Shown here one piece after another: positions 1-7,419 of a stretch of DNA of 32,845 bases. The stretch is from Candidatus Woesearchaeota archaeon (GTDB taxonomy: Archaea; Nanobdellota; Nanobdellia; Woesearchaeales; UBA10216). The notes beneath the pieces were generated by a model, which was given only the letters and a program-made list of their open reading frames with translations, did no database searches and had not been told where the DNA came from. The translations under genes and the position numbers were made by a program. The stretch is from positions 1 through 32,845 of the forward strand of contig JACPIG010000061.1 of the NCBI GenBank assembly GCA_016188205.1, written 5' to 3'. Numbering within the stretch: position 1 is the first letter of the stretch; each line of letters begins with the position of its first letter.

Positions 1-243
1 AAAGTTCAGGGGGTTTTCTACAGGGACTTTGTCAGGAAAGAGGCAGACAAGTTTGGAATAAGCGGCTTTGTAAGGAACCTACAGGACGGAACTGTTGAGA
101 TAGTCGCAGAAGGGGAAGAAGACAAGCTGAACATATTCATACGCGAATGCAAGCGCGGCTCTCTCCTTGCGTTTGTAAAGAACGCCGAAATAAAGTATGA
201 GCAGCCGACAGGCGAGTTTGAGGGGTTTGGGATAAGGTTTTAG
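1..243 (+). CDS. acyP: Acylphosphatase, 5' end cut by the window edge
   Basis: Frame 1 is open from base 1 to TAG at 241-243 (absent from the ORF track because it has no start). The translation KVQGVFYRDFVRKEADKFGISGFVRNLQDGTVEIVAEGEEDKLNIFIRECKRG... carries the acylphosphatase VQGVxFR and GxVxNxxDGxVE signatures. Confidence 0.85.
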   Translation, partial: KVQGVFYRDFVRKEADKFGISGFVRNLQDGTVEIVAEGEEDKLNIFIRECKRGSLLAFVKNAEIKYEQPTGEFEGFGIRF

Positions 244-266
244 GTTTTCTTGTACCTTATTTTTTC

Positions 267-422
267 CTATATAAAACCGGTTTTCTGCTTTATTGAACGC
301 AGCAGTTGCATTTCTTCAGTATTATCCTTGCCATCTCTTAGCTGCTGCCCAACTATTTCATTCAGCCGTTTATACTCGGAGTCGGCCTCATCAAGAAGAA
401 TTACCCTCACTGGCTTATTCAT
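267..422 (-). CDS. 51-aa ORF coupled to the upstream wHTH gene; possibly the N-terminal remnant of a RelE/ParE-like toxin
   Basis: ATG at 422-420 overlaps the TGA (421-419) of the 419..703 gene as ATGA. Translation is MNKPVRVILLDEADSEYKRLNEIVGQQLRDGKDNTEEMQLLRSIKQKTGFI, ending at TAG 269-267. From memory, the pattern resembles the first half of archaeal RelE/ParE-type toxins, but the C-terminal half is missing. Confidence 0.3.
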   Translation of the reverse strand: MNKPVRVILLDEADSEYKRLNEIVGQQLRDGKDNTEEMQLLRSIKQKTGFI

Positions 423-703
423 ATTTCAGTTCCTCTTCTTATCAGCTTGTTTAATTCGCTTCTCTCCTCAAATACCCATAGAATGCCCTTTGTGCCAATA
501 ATTATTTTCCCACTAAATTGCAGATAATCCAGTATGCGCAGAAGCGTTTGGTGCATCACTTTTTTAGGCAGGCCATTTTTCAATTCTGCCAACGTCATTA
601 AGTCGCCGCTATTTTTCAATGCATCTTCAACCATAAGAATGGTGTTCAGTGTAGGGGAATGCGCTAATTTTTCCTTACTTTTAACATGTATTGTCTGTGG
701 CAT
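419..703 (-). CDS. Small (94 aa) winged-helix-like DNA-binding protein
   Basis: ORF track. The segment TLAELKNGLPKKVMHQTLLRILDYLQFSGKIIIGTKGILWV reads as helix-turn-helix plus a beta wing. An AT-rich TATA-containing region lies upstream (704-846). Confidence 0.5.
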   Translation of the reverse strand: MPQTIHVKSKEKLAHSPTLNTILMVEDALKNSGDLMTLAELKNGLPKKVMHQTLLRILDYLQFSGKIIIGTKGILWVFEERSELNKLIRRGTEI

Positions 704-846
704 TTTTATATCTTATTCATATATACTTATATCTTGTAAGAATGTTTTTATATATAAACTTTTCTGTTTAATGCGCACACCCTGACAGCCTATGCCCGCA
801 GGTTTAGTGCATTAAATATATAAAAGGAGCATAATTACCCTTTTGT

Positions 847-1494
847 ATGGTAACTGTGGATGATACTGTTCAGGAGATTTACAGAGAGTTGATGCAGGTT
901 TCTGATACACAACAGCTTCTTACTCAACTGTCAGGCTTGGGAAGGGAAGCACAAGGCTACATGGGTTCATGGTCATCGTATAGGTATAGCGACAGCCGAA
1001 GGTTAAGGGCAGATAGCGTCAGAAGGTTTTGTGAAGCACAGCGCGACTATGCCATTGTTGCAGCAAGGGTGGCTGCACAATCAGACGATGATTCTGCAAA
1101 AGGTAAGCTGCTAGAGATTGCTGAAGAATACCAGCTTATGGCAAGGGCTGCTCCCGAACTTACACTAGAACTGTCACCTGTAATGATGGACGCCCAAGAC
1201 CTGTTAGACAGGACAACAAGCTGTTTGAAAGGTTTTGCATCAAAAATGAATGAAGCACAGAGTTCTTTAGCGACATACGCAAATCCTCCGCCCAGTCACC
1301 CGAAACAGGTTTCATTAGTTTCTTTTTGTATTGCACAAGAGGAGGTTCAAAGATGTGCCGCAGAACTTGCAGGACTAAATGGGCTTTATCATGTAAGCCA
1401 AAGTCTTTCTCAAATAAGCGGTGTGTATTCTGCATTAGGTATGAGCCTGTGTCATAGAATCAGCGCAGTTGCAATTGCAGAGATTAGCCATTAA
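847..1494 (+). CDS. Hypothetical protein (215 aa, predicted helical)
   Basis: Longest ORF in the interval, preceded by AT-rich TATA-like sequence (aaatatataaaaggag). No recognisable motif. Confidence 0.45.
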   Translation: MVTVDDTVQEIYRELMQVSDTQQLLTQLSGLGREAQGYMGSWSSYRYSDSRRLRADSVRRFCEAQRDYAIVAARVAAQSDDDSAKGKLLEIAEEYQLMARAAPELTLELSPVMMDAQDLLDRTTSCLKGFASKMNEAQSSLATYANPPPSHPKQVSLVSFCIAQEEVQRCAAELAGLNGLYHVSQSLSQISGVYSALGMSLCHRISAVAIAEISH

Positions 1495-1503
1495 GGCTAT
1501 GTT

Positions 1504-2166
1504 CTACTTTTCTACATAACGCAATCTTGCGTTTAGCAATGTCTCGAAAGCAAACGGCATTTTCCTTCTAGATTTAGCATCAGTAACTACCTCATGGAAT
1601 TTGGATGCGAAATACCATGATGCTGCACCTGCGGCTACAGCAGACAGAGCGTTTGTTCTTAAATGCTCATGTAATATGAAAGCCATAGCAGCGGAAAACA
1701 GCGTGACGGCAAGAATTTGGTATTTGATATCCGAAGCAATAAAATCAGCAACTGATCTTCCGGGTTTAGGAGTGCGCGCTTCCTTGAGATTCTCCTCCAG
1801 TCCGGCCTGCCAGGCGCTTTGAAACTCTGACACGGAAATTCCCACATCCCCTGTATGCCGCACACTATAAACATCTATGGCAGGTACTGCGACAGGCTGC
1901 CCGAAACTGTCAATAACGGGCTTTATGGCACTGTAAAATTCTCTTGGTATTATCCCCATAAGGTCTGTGACTAAATCAGCAGCGCTTCCTGCTGCCCCAT
2001 TTTCAGAAGCCGCTTGCTCTCTGCCACCTTTACCTTTAGCAGAGCCATTTATAGCCACAACTATTTCGTAGGGCGAGATGTAAGCTGCATATCTTCTGCC
2101 ATTCGCTTCCTTAACAACAGTGGCTTCCAAATCGCCCATGCTTGTGGGAACTGTTGGATTTGCCAT
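1504..2166 (-). CDS. Hypothetical protein with C-terminal hydrophobic segments
   Basis: ORF 1504..2223 trimmed to the ATG at 2166 (MANPTVPTS...), so it no longer overlaps the cdc6 stop at 2192. Putative TM stretches are ILAVTLFSAAMAFIL and ALSAVAAGAASWYF. Confidence 0.5.
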   Translation of the reverse strand: MANPTVPTSMGDLEATVVKEANGRRYAAYISPYEIVVAINGSAKGKGGREQAASENGAAGSAADLVTDLMGIIPREFYSAIKPVIDSFGQPVAVPAIDVYSVRHTGDVGISVSEFQSAWQAGLEENLKEARTPKPGRSVADFIASDIKYQILAVTLFSAAMAFILHEHLRTNALSAVAAGAASWYFASKFHEVVTDAKSRRKMPFAFETLLNARLRYVEK

Positions 2167-2191
2167 TTTTCTTTGGTTTGGGCACTTCGCA

Positions 2192-3268
2192 TCAAAACTC
2201 AGTAAGCTTCTTGTCACCGACAATGCTCACAATTGTAGTCTTGCCCTCTGCGCCTCCTGAAACCCTGTCAAGAACCACATACCTGTCCTTCTCAAACCTG
2301 TCTATGCGGCGCTGGAAAGTCCTGTAAACAGCCTTGCCTCCAGCTTCCTGATAAGCCCTGTAAAGGTCGCCAATCTTCTGTCCGGAGTTCTTCCTTATTA
2401 TGTCAAGCATCAGCCTGTCTTCCTCTTCAAGCCCTGAAGAGTCCTTGCCGCTTGCGCTGAAGTCGTCAAGGCTTCCCAGGGCATGAAGCACGTGTTCCTT
2501 CGCGACTTTTCTTGATGCCCTTTCCTCTGCATGCAGGGCTGCCTGCCTCATGAGGAACAAGCCGCGCCTTATGTCCTGCATCTCAAACGCCTTTTCAGCA
2601 ACGACAGCAAACGCATCATCATCCCAGGAGCCGGGAACAAACGCATACTCCATTCGCTGCTTCAGGATGCCTTTTGTCTCCTCAGAATTGTAAGGCTTAA
2701 ACTCGCAGCTTTCAGGCATGAGCCTGCTCCGTATGCGCGAGTCAAGGGAAGCAAGCCAGTTCCTGTCATTGGTAATTGTGATAATGGCTTTTTTGTATAC
2801 TTCCTCAAGGACCATGTACAGGAAATCGTAGTCCTGAAGCTTGTCAATCTCGTCAAAGACAAAAACAGCAGCTTTCTTGTTAAGCATCTGCTTTATGACC
2901 ATGAAAAGCTCGTCAGAGCGCTTGTTCTGCGTGAACTTATACCCGATAACATTGCACATCTCCAGAAAAACCTTGAAGCTTGAGTTGTGCTGCCAGCAGT
3001 TAACATAAACAGGAATTATGTCGTCTGTCTGCTCCTCAATCTCGTTAAGCACGTGCCTGCACGCAACAGTCTTGCCAATGCCTGGGCTGCCGCAAATGAA
3101 AAGGTTCCTGCCGCTGCGCTGCTGGAAAAGCGGCTTTATGCAGGCAGCTACCTGCCTCTGCTCACTCTCCCTGTAAGGAACAAGCTTAGGGATGAATGAA
3201 TAGTCCAAAGCAATCTCGTTCCTGAAAAGAGACTCTCCAGAGCCAAGCATATCCCTGAACAGCGCCAT
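2192..3268 (-). CDS. cdc6: Orc1/Cdc6 replication initiator (AAA+ ATPase with C-terminal winged helix)
   Basis: Walker A is ICGSPGIGKTV and Walker B is VFVFDEIDKL. The N-terminal RESEQRQV leads into the ATPase core and the C-terminal wH-like tail is DRYVVLDRVSGGAEGKTTIV. Confidence 0.93.
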   Translation of the reverse strand: MALFRDMLGSGESLFRNEIALDYSFIPKLVPYRESEQRQVAACIKPLFQQRSGRNLFICGSPGIGKTVACRHVLNEIEEQTDDIIPVYVNCWQHNSSFKVFLEMCNVIGYKFTQNKRSDELFMVIKQMLNKKAAVFVFDEIDKLQDYDFLYMVLEEVYKKAIITITNDRNWLASLDSRIRSRLMPESCEFKPYNSEETKGILKQRMEYAFVPGSWDDDAFAVVAEKAFEMQDIRRGLFLMRQAALHAEERASRKVAKEHVLHALGSLDDFSASGKDSSGLEEEDRLMLDIIRKNSGQKIGDLYRAYQEAGGKAVYRTFQRRIDRFEKDRYVVLDRVSGGAEGKTTIVSIVGDKKLTEF

Positions 3269-3338
3269 AAAAGGAAGAGTGGCTGGACATTATATATAGT
3301 TTTCTGCAAAGAAGCGTGAATTATTGCCCCATTATTGC

Positions 3339-3647
3339 CTATTGCCTCTTATAGCGCTGCCACTGCTGCTGCTGAACAGGTTGCTGCTGGCTCTGCCTGT
3401 ATTGCTGTTGCTGCGGACTGTATTGCTGCTTATCATATTGCTGTTGCTGTTGCGCTGAATAACCTGCCAGCCTGCCTTCTCCTTTTCCTTTCTGCATTAT
3501 TATCTTTATCACTCCCCACGCAACAAGAATTGTGCCTGCAATTATGAACAACGTCATTGCGGCGCTGCCCTGGCTGACGTTGATGTAGACCGAAAGGCCA
3601 GCTACAAGCACGCCGATTATTACAAATACGAACCCGGGAATATCCAT
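3339..3647 (-). CDS. Small two-TM membrane protein with a glutamine-rich C-terminal tail
   Basis: Two hydrophobic helices (FVFVIIGVLVAGLSVYI and LFIIAGTILVAWGVIKII) are followed by QQQQQYDKQQYSPQQQQYRQSQQQPVQQQQWQRYKRQ. Confidence 0.6.
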   Translation of the reverse strand: MDIPGFVFVIIGVLVAGLSVYINVSQGSAAMTLFIIAGTILVAWGVIKIIMQKGKGEGRLAGYSAQQQQQYDKQQYSPQQQQYRQSQQQPVQQQQWQRYKRQ

Positions 3648-3691
3648 CTGCTGTAATTAGAAAGCTGTATATATAAATTTTTGGCGAGATG

Positions 3692-4885
3692 CTAAGGCAG
3701 GGAAGGAATTGGCACAGAATCAGCAACTTTTATTTCCTTCTTCTCCCTAATTTTTATTTCCGTCTTTTTTTCGGCTTGTGTTTTGTTTTCAGCTTCCTCC
3801 TTAACCTTTTCCCTTATTTTTATCTCAGCTTTGGCAGTCCTGTTTGTAGTCTTAGTAACAGAATCACTTATTCTGATTTTCTTCTCAGCATCTATTCCTG
3901 TTTCCTCATCCTCTTCTTTCTCTTCCTCCCTTTCCTCTTTCTCTTCCTTTTTCTCCTCCCCTCTCTCAAGCCCGCGCTCAAGCCTTCTCTCAGCATTTTT
4001 TACCAGCTGCCTGGCTGCGTTCGCCTGCCCGTAAGCCTCGCCGAACTTTGAATTGTTAAGGGCGGTTCTGGCACTGGCTATCTTTTCCTCAGCAAGGAAA
4101 AGCAGCTTTTCAATCTCCGCGCCTGTAGTGGCATTTGTAGCATTTGTGGCGTTTGCAGCAAGCTTCGCTCTCAATTCTGCAAGCGATTCGTCAGCATCTC
4201 TTATGGCTTCTTCTGCCTTTTCCCGCCTTTCCGAAAGCCCGCTCCTTATCTCCTTCAGCTTTTTCTGCTCATCCCTGACCCTTTCCTTTATCAGCAGCCT
4301 TGATTTCTCTCTGTCATCTCTCGCGTCTTCCTTTATTTCAATCCTTACCTTCGTCTCAATAGAGCGGTTAAGCGCTTTTTCAATTGCAGGCTTGGCTTCC
4401 TCAGGGAGCCTATCCAGAAGAAGCTGCAGCATAATGCCGCTTTTTCCAAGCATCTCCTGGCGTTCCCTTACAGAGCCATTCCCCTCATCTGAAAGCTCCA
4501 CTTCACTTTCAAACCGCATTACTGACTCTTTCGCCTTCCCAGTCATGTTCCTGTCTGCCAGCGCCCTCGCCTCGGCAAGCCGCTTCCCAGCCATCCTCAA
4601 ATGGAGACTTGCCTTCTTTTCCCTGTCAAACTCCACCAAAAGCTGCACTTTCTCTTTTGCCGCTTTCAGGAAATACAAAGGGTGCCCGGGCAGAAGCCCT
4701 GGGTCTGAAAAAGCTGTCTCAGCAGAATCAATCTCAGCGTCTGTAAGGGTTGAGTCTGTGAAGTTGAGCTTAGCGAATGACTGCTCACCGAGCTGCGCAC
4801 TCGCAAATGACGCAAGAACAGCAATCATAACTGCCATAACTGCCGCAATCAAAACCCGTGCGCGTTTTTTGCCTGTTTTCATCAT
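3692..4885 (-). CDS. Secreted or membrane-anchored coiled-coil protein with an E/K-rich tail (DUF5667-like N-terminal region, from memory)
   Basis: Signal/anchor sequence KRARVLIAAVMAVMIAVLASFASA. The PGHPLYFLKAAKEKVQLLVEFDREKKASLHLRMAGKRLAEA motif is followed by long charged heptad-like sequence and an EEKKEEKEEREEEKEEDEE low-complexity region. Confidence 0.7.
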   Translation of the reverse strand: MMKTGKKRARVLIAAVMAVMIAVLASFASAQLGEQSFAKLNFTDSTLTDAEIDSAETAFSDPGLLPGHPLYFLKAAKEKVQLLVEFDREKKASLHLRMAGKRLAEARALADRNMTGKAKESVMRFESEVELSDEGNGSVRERQEMLGKSGIMLQLLLDRLPEEAKPAIEKALNRSIETKVRIEIKEDARDDREKSRLLIKERVRDEQKKLKEIRSGLSERREKAEEAIRDADESLAELRAKLAANATNATNATTGAEIEKLLFLAEEKIASARTALNNSKFGEAYGQANAARQLVKNAERRLERGLERGEEKKEEKEEREEEKEEDEETGIDAEKKIRISDSVTKTTNRTAKAEIKIREKVKEEAENKTQAEKKTEIKIREKKEIKVADSVPIPSLP

Positions 4886-4940
4886 GCTGCCCTCAACACT
4901 TGCATCCGTGTTTTTATATTTTGCTTTTTTGCCTTATAAT

Positions 4941-5030
4941 AGCAAAACACATTAATTTATGAACATTTTGTGTGTTTTGCTAAATATCAAATTGCAACTT
5001 CAATGTTCAATTATTATTGCAATTTGATAT
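4941..5030. repeat. Two consecutive perfect inverted repeats in an AT-rich spacer
   Basis: agcaaaacaca (4941-4951) pairs with tgtgttttgct (4971-4981). atatcaaattgcaa (4984-4997) pairs with ttgcaatttgatat (5017-5030). Confidence 0.8.
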
Positions 5031-5100
5031 AATATAAAAAATGCCAGGCTGCCTTTGGGAAAGGGGTGCGAAGAACCTGGCAGCCAGGCAAAAATCGGGC

Positions 5101-6120
5101 TTATCCAAGCCCAACTCCAACTCCTCCTGAAGCGGCTGCTCCAACTCCTCCCGAAGCTCCTGCTCCAGCCTCTCCGGAAGCTCTCACTCTAACTCCTCCG
5201 GAAGAATCTGCGTTCCCGGAACCGGCTGATGCAACTGTACTTGCGCCTGCCCCATTTTCCCCGGGTCTGGCAACAATTCTTGTTCCCATTTCCACAGACG
5301 TTACGACGCCTGTTTCTGCCTCTACCCGGACCTCGTAGCTTTTCTCAAGCTCGTAAGCACCTGCGCTCTCAGTCCTGCTTCCTGTCACGACATAATAAGT
5401 CGTGTTGCCCCTGGCCTCGGTGCTGACATTTGATGCTTTGAAGCGCATATCCTTCTCAACCATCTCTTTCGCTTCTTCCTCAGTCAGCCCGCCATTGCCT
5501 TCTCCTTTTGCCTCCAGCCTTATCAGAGAGCCCAGCTCGCCTTCCAGGTTAAGCCCGTGCGCAACTTCAGACCTCTCTATCGCTTCTGCGCTTTCATCTG
5601 CCTCGCGTTCAAGCTCCGCATCACCCTCTGCCTTTGCCTTCAGCTGCAGCTTTCTCAGCTGAGCGGTTGCCTTCAGGTGCTCCCTTATTATTGCCCTGTG
5701 CTCTTCCTGGAATGCCTTTATCGCTTCCTTCTTCTCCCCAGAGCTCATGCTGCTGTTGCTGAAGTTTCCGAGCAACCCTGCTTTCAGCTCAAGCCATGCC
5801 TTCTGCCTTTCCCTGAGCTTCTCATTCCTTTCCTTCAAAAGCTCCAGCTTTGCCTTCTTATCAAACGCCAGAACTGACCTGACATTGAAGACAAAGTCGC
5901 CAAATGCCTCGCCTACCATTCTCAGCCTCAGGCCTTTCCCAGCCTTTGCAGTCTCACTTGCACTTGCACCCGCACTTGCCTGCACACCTGCCTGCGAGCC
6001 TGCATGCGCTGATGGCACTGCCTGCCCTTCTGCCTGTACTGACTGCTCTGCTGCAATGGCAGGCACTGCAAAAACCATCACAGCCACAAGCAGCGCAACC
6101 AGCTGCTTTACATTCGCCAT
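5101..6120 (-). CDS. Secreted coiled-coil protein with a PepSY-like C-terminal module and a G/A/S-rich tail; paralog-like to 3692..4885
   Basis: Start trimmed to the ATG at 6120, which is preceded by GGAGGTGG. Signal peptide is MANVKQLVALLVAVMVFAVPAIAAEQ. A helical K/E-rich middle is followed by LTEEEAKEMVEKDMRFK...TYYVVTG...YEVRVEAETGVVTSVE (PepSY-like by eye). Confidence 0.65.
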   Translation of the reverse strand: MANVKQLVALLVAVMVFAVPAIAAEQSVQAEGQAVPSAHAGSQAGVQASAGASASETAKAGKGLRLRMVGEAFGDFVFNVRSVLAFDKKAKLELLKERNEKLRERQKAWLELKAGLLGNFSNSSMSSGEKKEAIKAFQEEHRAIIREHLKATAQLRKLQLKAKAEGDAELEREADESAEAIERSEVAHGLNLEGELGSLIRLEAKGEGNGGLTEEEAKEMVEKDMRFKASNVSTEARGNTTYYVVTGSRTESAGAYELEKSYEVRVEAETGVVTSVEMGTRIVARPGENGAGASTVASAGSGNADSSGGVRVRASGEAGAGASGGVGAAASGGVGVGLG

Positions 6121-6317
6121 ACAAACCACCTCCGTCTTGTTTTGCATTTCGTTTTGCATTTCGCTTTTTGTTTTCAAATCAAACCGCTGCAATTTCTTTG
6201 CAACACCCCATAGTATGTTGTTTCAACTATTACTTTTGTACGTGAAACAATTGTGAAACAATATAGAAACAGCAGAAAAAGCGCTTATGGTTGTTTAGAT
6301 ACTGCCTGTTCAACGTG

Positions 6318-6412
6318 AGCTGACCGTGGTCTTACCAGACTGATTTTCTCTCCCCCACGGTAAGCGAGGGGGAGAGAAAATCACCTGAGCGTTAGCTCAG
6401 GCACGGTCAGCT
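6318..6412. ncRNA. 95-nt perfectly paired four-way-junction (cloverleaf-topology) element; candidate structured RNA or MITE-like DNA palindrome
   Basis: Closing stem 6318-6328 / 6402-6412 (11 bp). Hairpin gtct-tacc-agac at 6329-6340. A 15-bp hairpin 6342-6356 / 6368-6382 with an 11-nt loop. A 7-bp hairpin cctgagc-gtta-gctcagg at 6384-6401. Linkers are 0-1 nt and every pair is Watson-Crick. Confidence 0.35.
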
Positions 6413-6455
6413 TGTCCCACACGAAAACCAAACAGTATCAATTTATCATTGTTGC

Positions 6456-7325
6456 CTATTTCAGCCAGAATAGCTTATTTGTTCTGCCCTGTGCATCCTT
6501 CCTGATAAGCCCCTTATTCTCCAAAACCCTGACAATCCTTGTTGCCTTAGCCCTTGAGAACTGAAGCTCCTTCTGCATATCTCTCTGCACACAGACCTTT
6601 CTCTTCTGGAGATAAAGCACAGCCCTCTTCTCGTCCTCCCTGAAACCAGTAAGGAAGGAATCTTTTGCCTTATTCCTGAAGTTTGCGAACATCATAAAAA
6701 TAATTCCCGTAGCCACGGCTGCAAAAACAGCTGCAGCAAAAAGCCAGAGCCCGCTTTCCACCCCCCCTCCGGCGAACTTGACAGAAAAAAGCGCCTGGTC
6801 AATATCCAGAAGTTCCCAGCCGAGAATAATCCTCCTGCCGTCAGAAAAGATGCCTGCGCCGTAAGGCCTGTAAGAGTCCTGATAAATAGCGTATCCCTCC
6901 GGAAGCTTCACTTTTGCATCAAGCTGCGCCACAGGGCTGCCAAACCTCAGCTCTGTGAAGAAGTGGCTTACAGAGCCACTCTGGAAAACCATGCGGTCAG
7001 AAACATAGGAAATTGTAAGGTTTCTCGTCCCTTCCGGCACTGAAACGTGAAGCACGTATTTGCCATCGCTGCCTGAAATCCCATGCACAAGCTGCTGCTC
7101 ACCAGCCACTGCATTTACGTCCCTGACTTCTTCACCAAGCGTATAATTAAGAACCCCAGAAACAGGGCTGCTGAAATAATAGCTTGTTTCCTGCCTGACA
7201 GAGTAATCGGGCTGGATGTCAAACTCAACGCTTACTGACTCAATTCTTTCCTCTGCTCTTAAAGGCGCGGCAAGCAGAAGCGCGCAGACTGTGAGCATCA
7301 GCACAATTATCAGCACTTTCCCCAT
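6456..7325 (-). CDS. Membrane-anchored transcriptional regulator (extracellular domain, one TM, cytoplasmic MarR-like wHTH)
   Basis: Start trimmed to the ATG at 7325, about 26 nt downstream of the TATA at 7348-7355. Signal sequence is MGKVLIIVLMLTVCALLLAAPLRA and the TM is LWLFAAAVFAAVATGIIFMMF. The C-terminal wHTH-like region is EDEKRAVLYLQKRKVCVQRDMQKELQFSRAKATRIVRVLENKGLIRKDAQGRTNKLFWLK. Confidence 0.7.
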   Translation of the reverse strand: MGKVLIIVLMLTVCALLLAAPLRAEERIESVSVEFDIQPDYSVRQETSYYFSSPVSGVLNYTLGEEVRDVNAVAGEQQLVHGISGSDGKYVLHVSVPEGTRNLTISYVSDRMVFQSGSVSHFFTELRFGSPVAQLDAKVKLPEGYAIYQDSYRPYGAGIFSDGRRIILGWELLDIDQALFSVKFAGGGVESGLWLFAAAVFAAVATGIIFMMFANFRNKAKDSFLTGFREDEKRAVLYLQKRKVCVQRDMQKELQFSRAKATRIVRVLENKGLIRKDAQGRTNKLFWLK

Positions 7326-7347
7326 ACAGCCGCGATTGGTTTTCATG

Positions 7348-7397
7348 TATATAAATATTGCCAGATAAAACCACAAGTTTTGCAAAGGCTTTATAAT
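7348..7397. promoter_or_regulatory. Divergent promoter pair (two TATA boxes) for 7325(-) and 7420(+), both apparently leaderless
   Basis: tatataaa at 7348-7355 reads TTTATATA on the minus strand and lies about 26 nt from the ATG at 7325. tttataat at 7390-7397 lies about 26 nt from the ATG at 7420. Confidence 0.55.
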
Positions 7398-7419
7398 TGT
7401 GCCTCAACCCCCTGCCATT

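Noticed and set aside
3269-3691. Replication origin immediately flanking cdc6
   Set aside because: The flanking non-coding gaps are only about 70 and 44 bp, and no repeated ORB-like boxes or extended AT-rich unwinding element are visible.
4053-4955. Long plus-strand ORFs antisense to real genes: 4053..4955, 3689..4051, 5747..6256, 5904..6245, 2531..2983, 10853..11260, 18326..18908, 19024..19692 and 27981..28478
   Set aside because: Their translations are S/L/F/P-rich low-complexity mirror images of minus-strand genes that carry strong family motifs. They have no start context of their own.
5066-5338. Pro/Thr/Ala-rich plus-strand ORF (PTPPEAAAPTPPEAPAPASPE)
   Set aside because: It is the antisense reading of the G/A/S-rich C-terminal tail of the 5101..6120 gene, and the repeat structure belongs to that gene.
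6318-6412. Cloverleaf element as a tRNA (possibly intron-containing)
   Set aside because: The dimensions are wrong on both strands. The closing stem is 11 bp, the side hairpins have 4-nt loops, and the central arm is 15 bp. There is no T-loop (GTTCRANNC-like) or D-loop consensus and no 7-nt anticodon loop.
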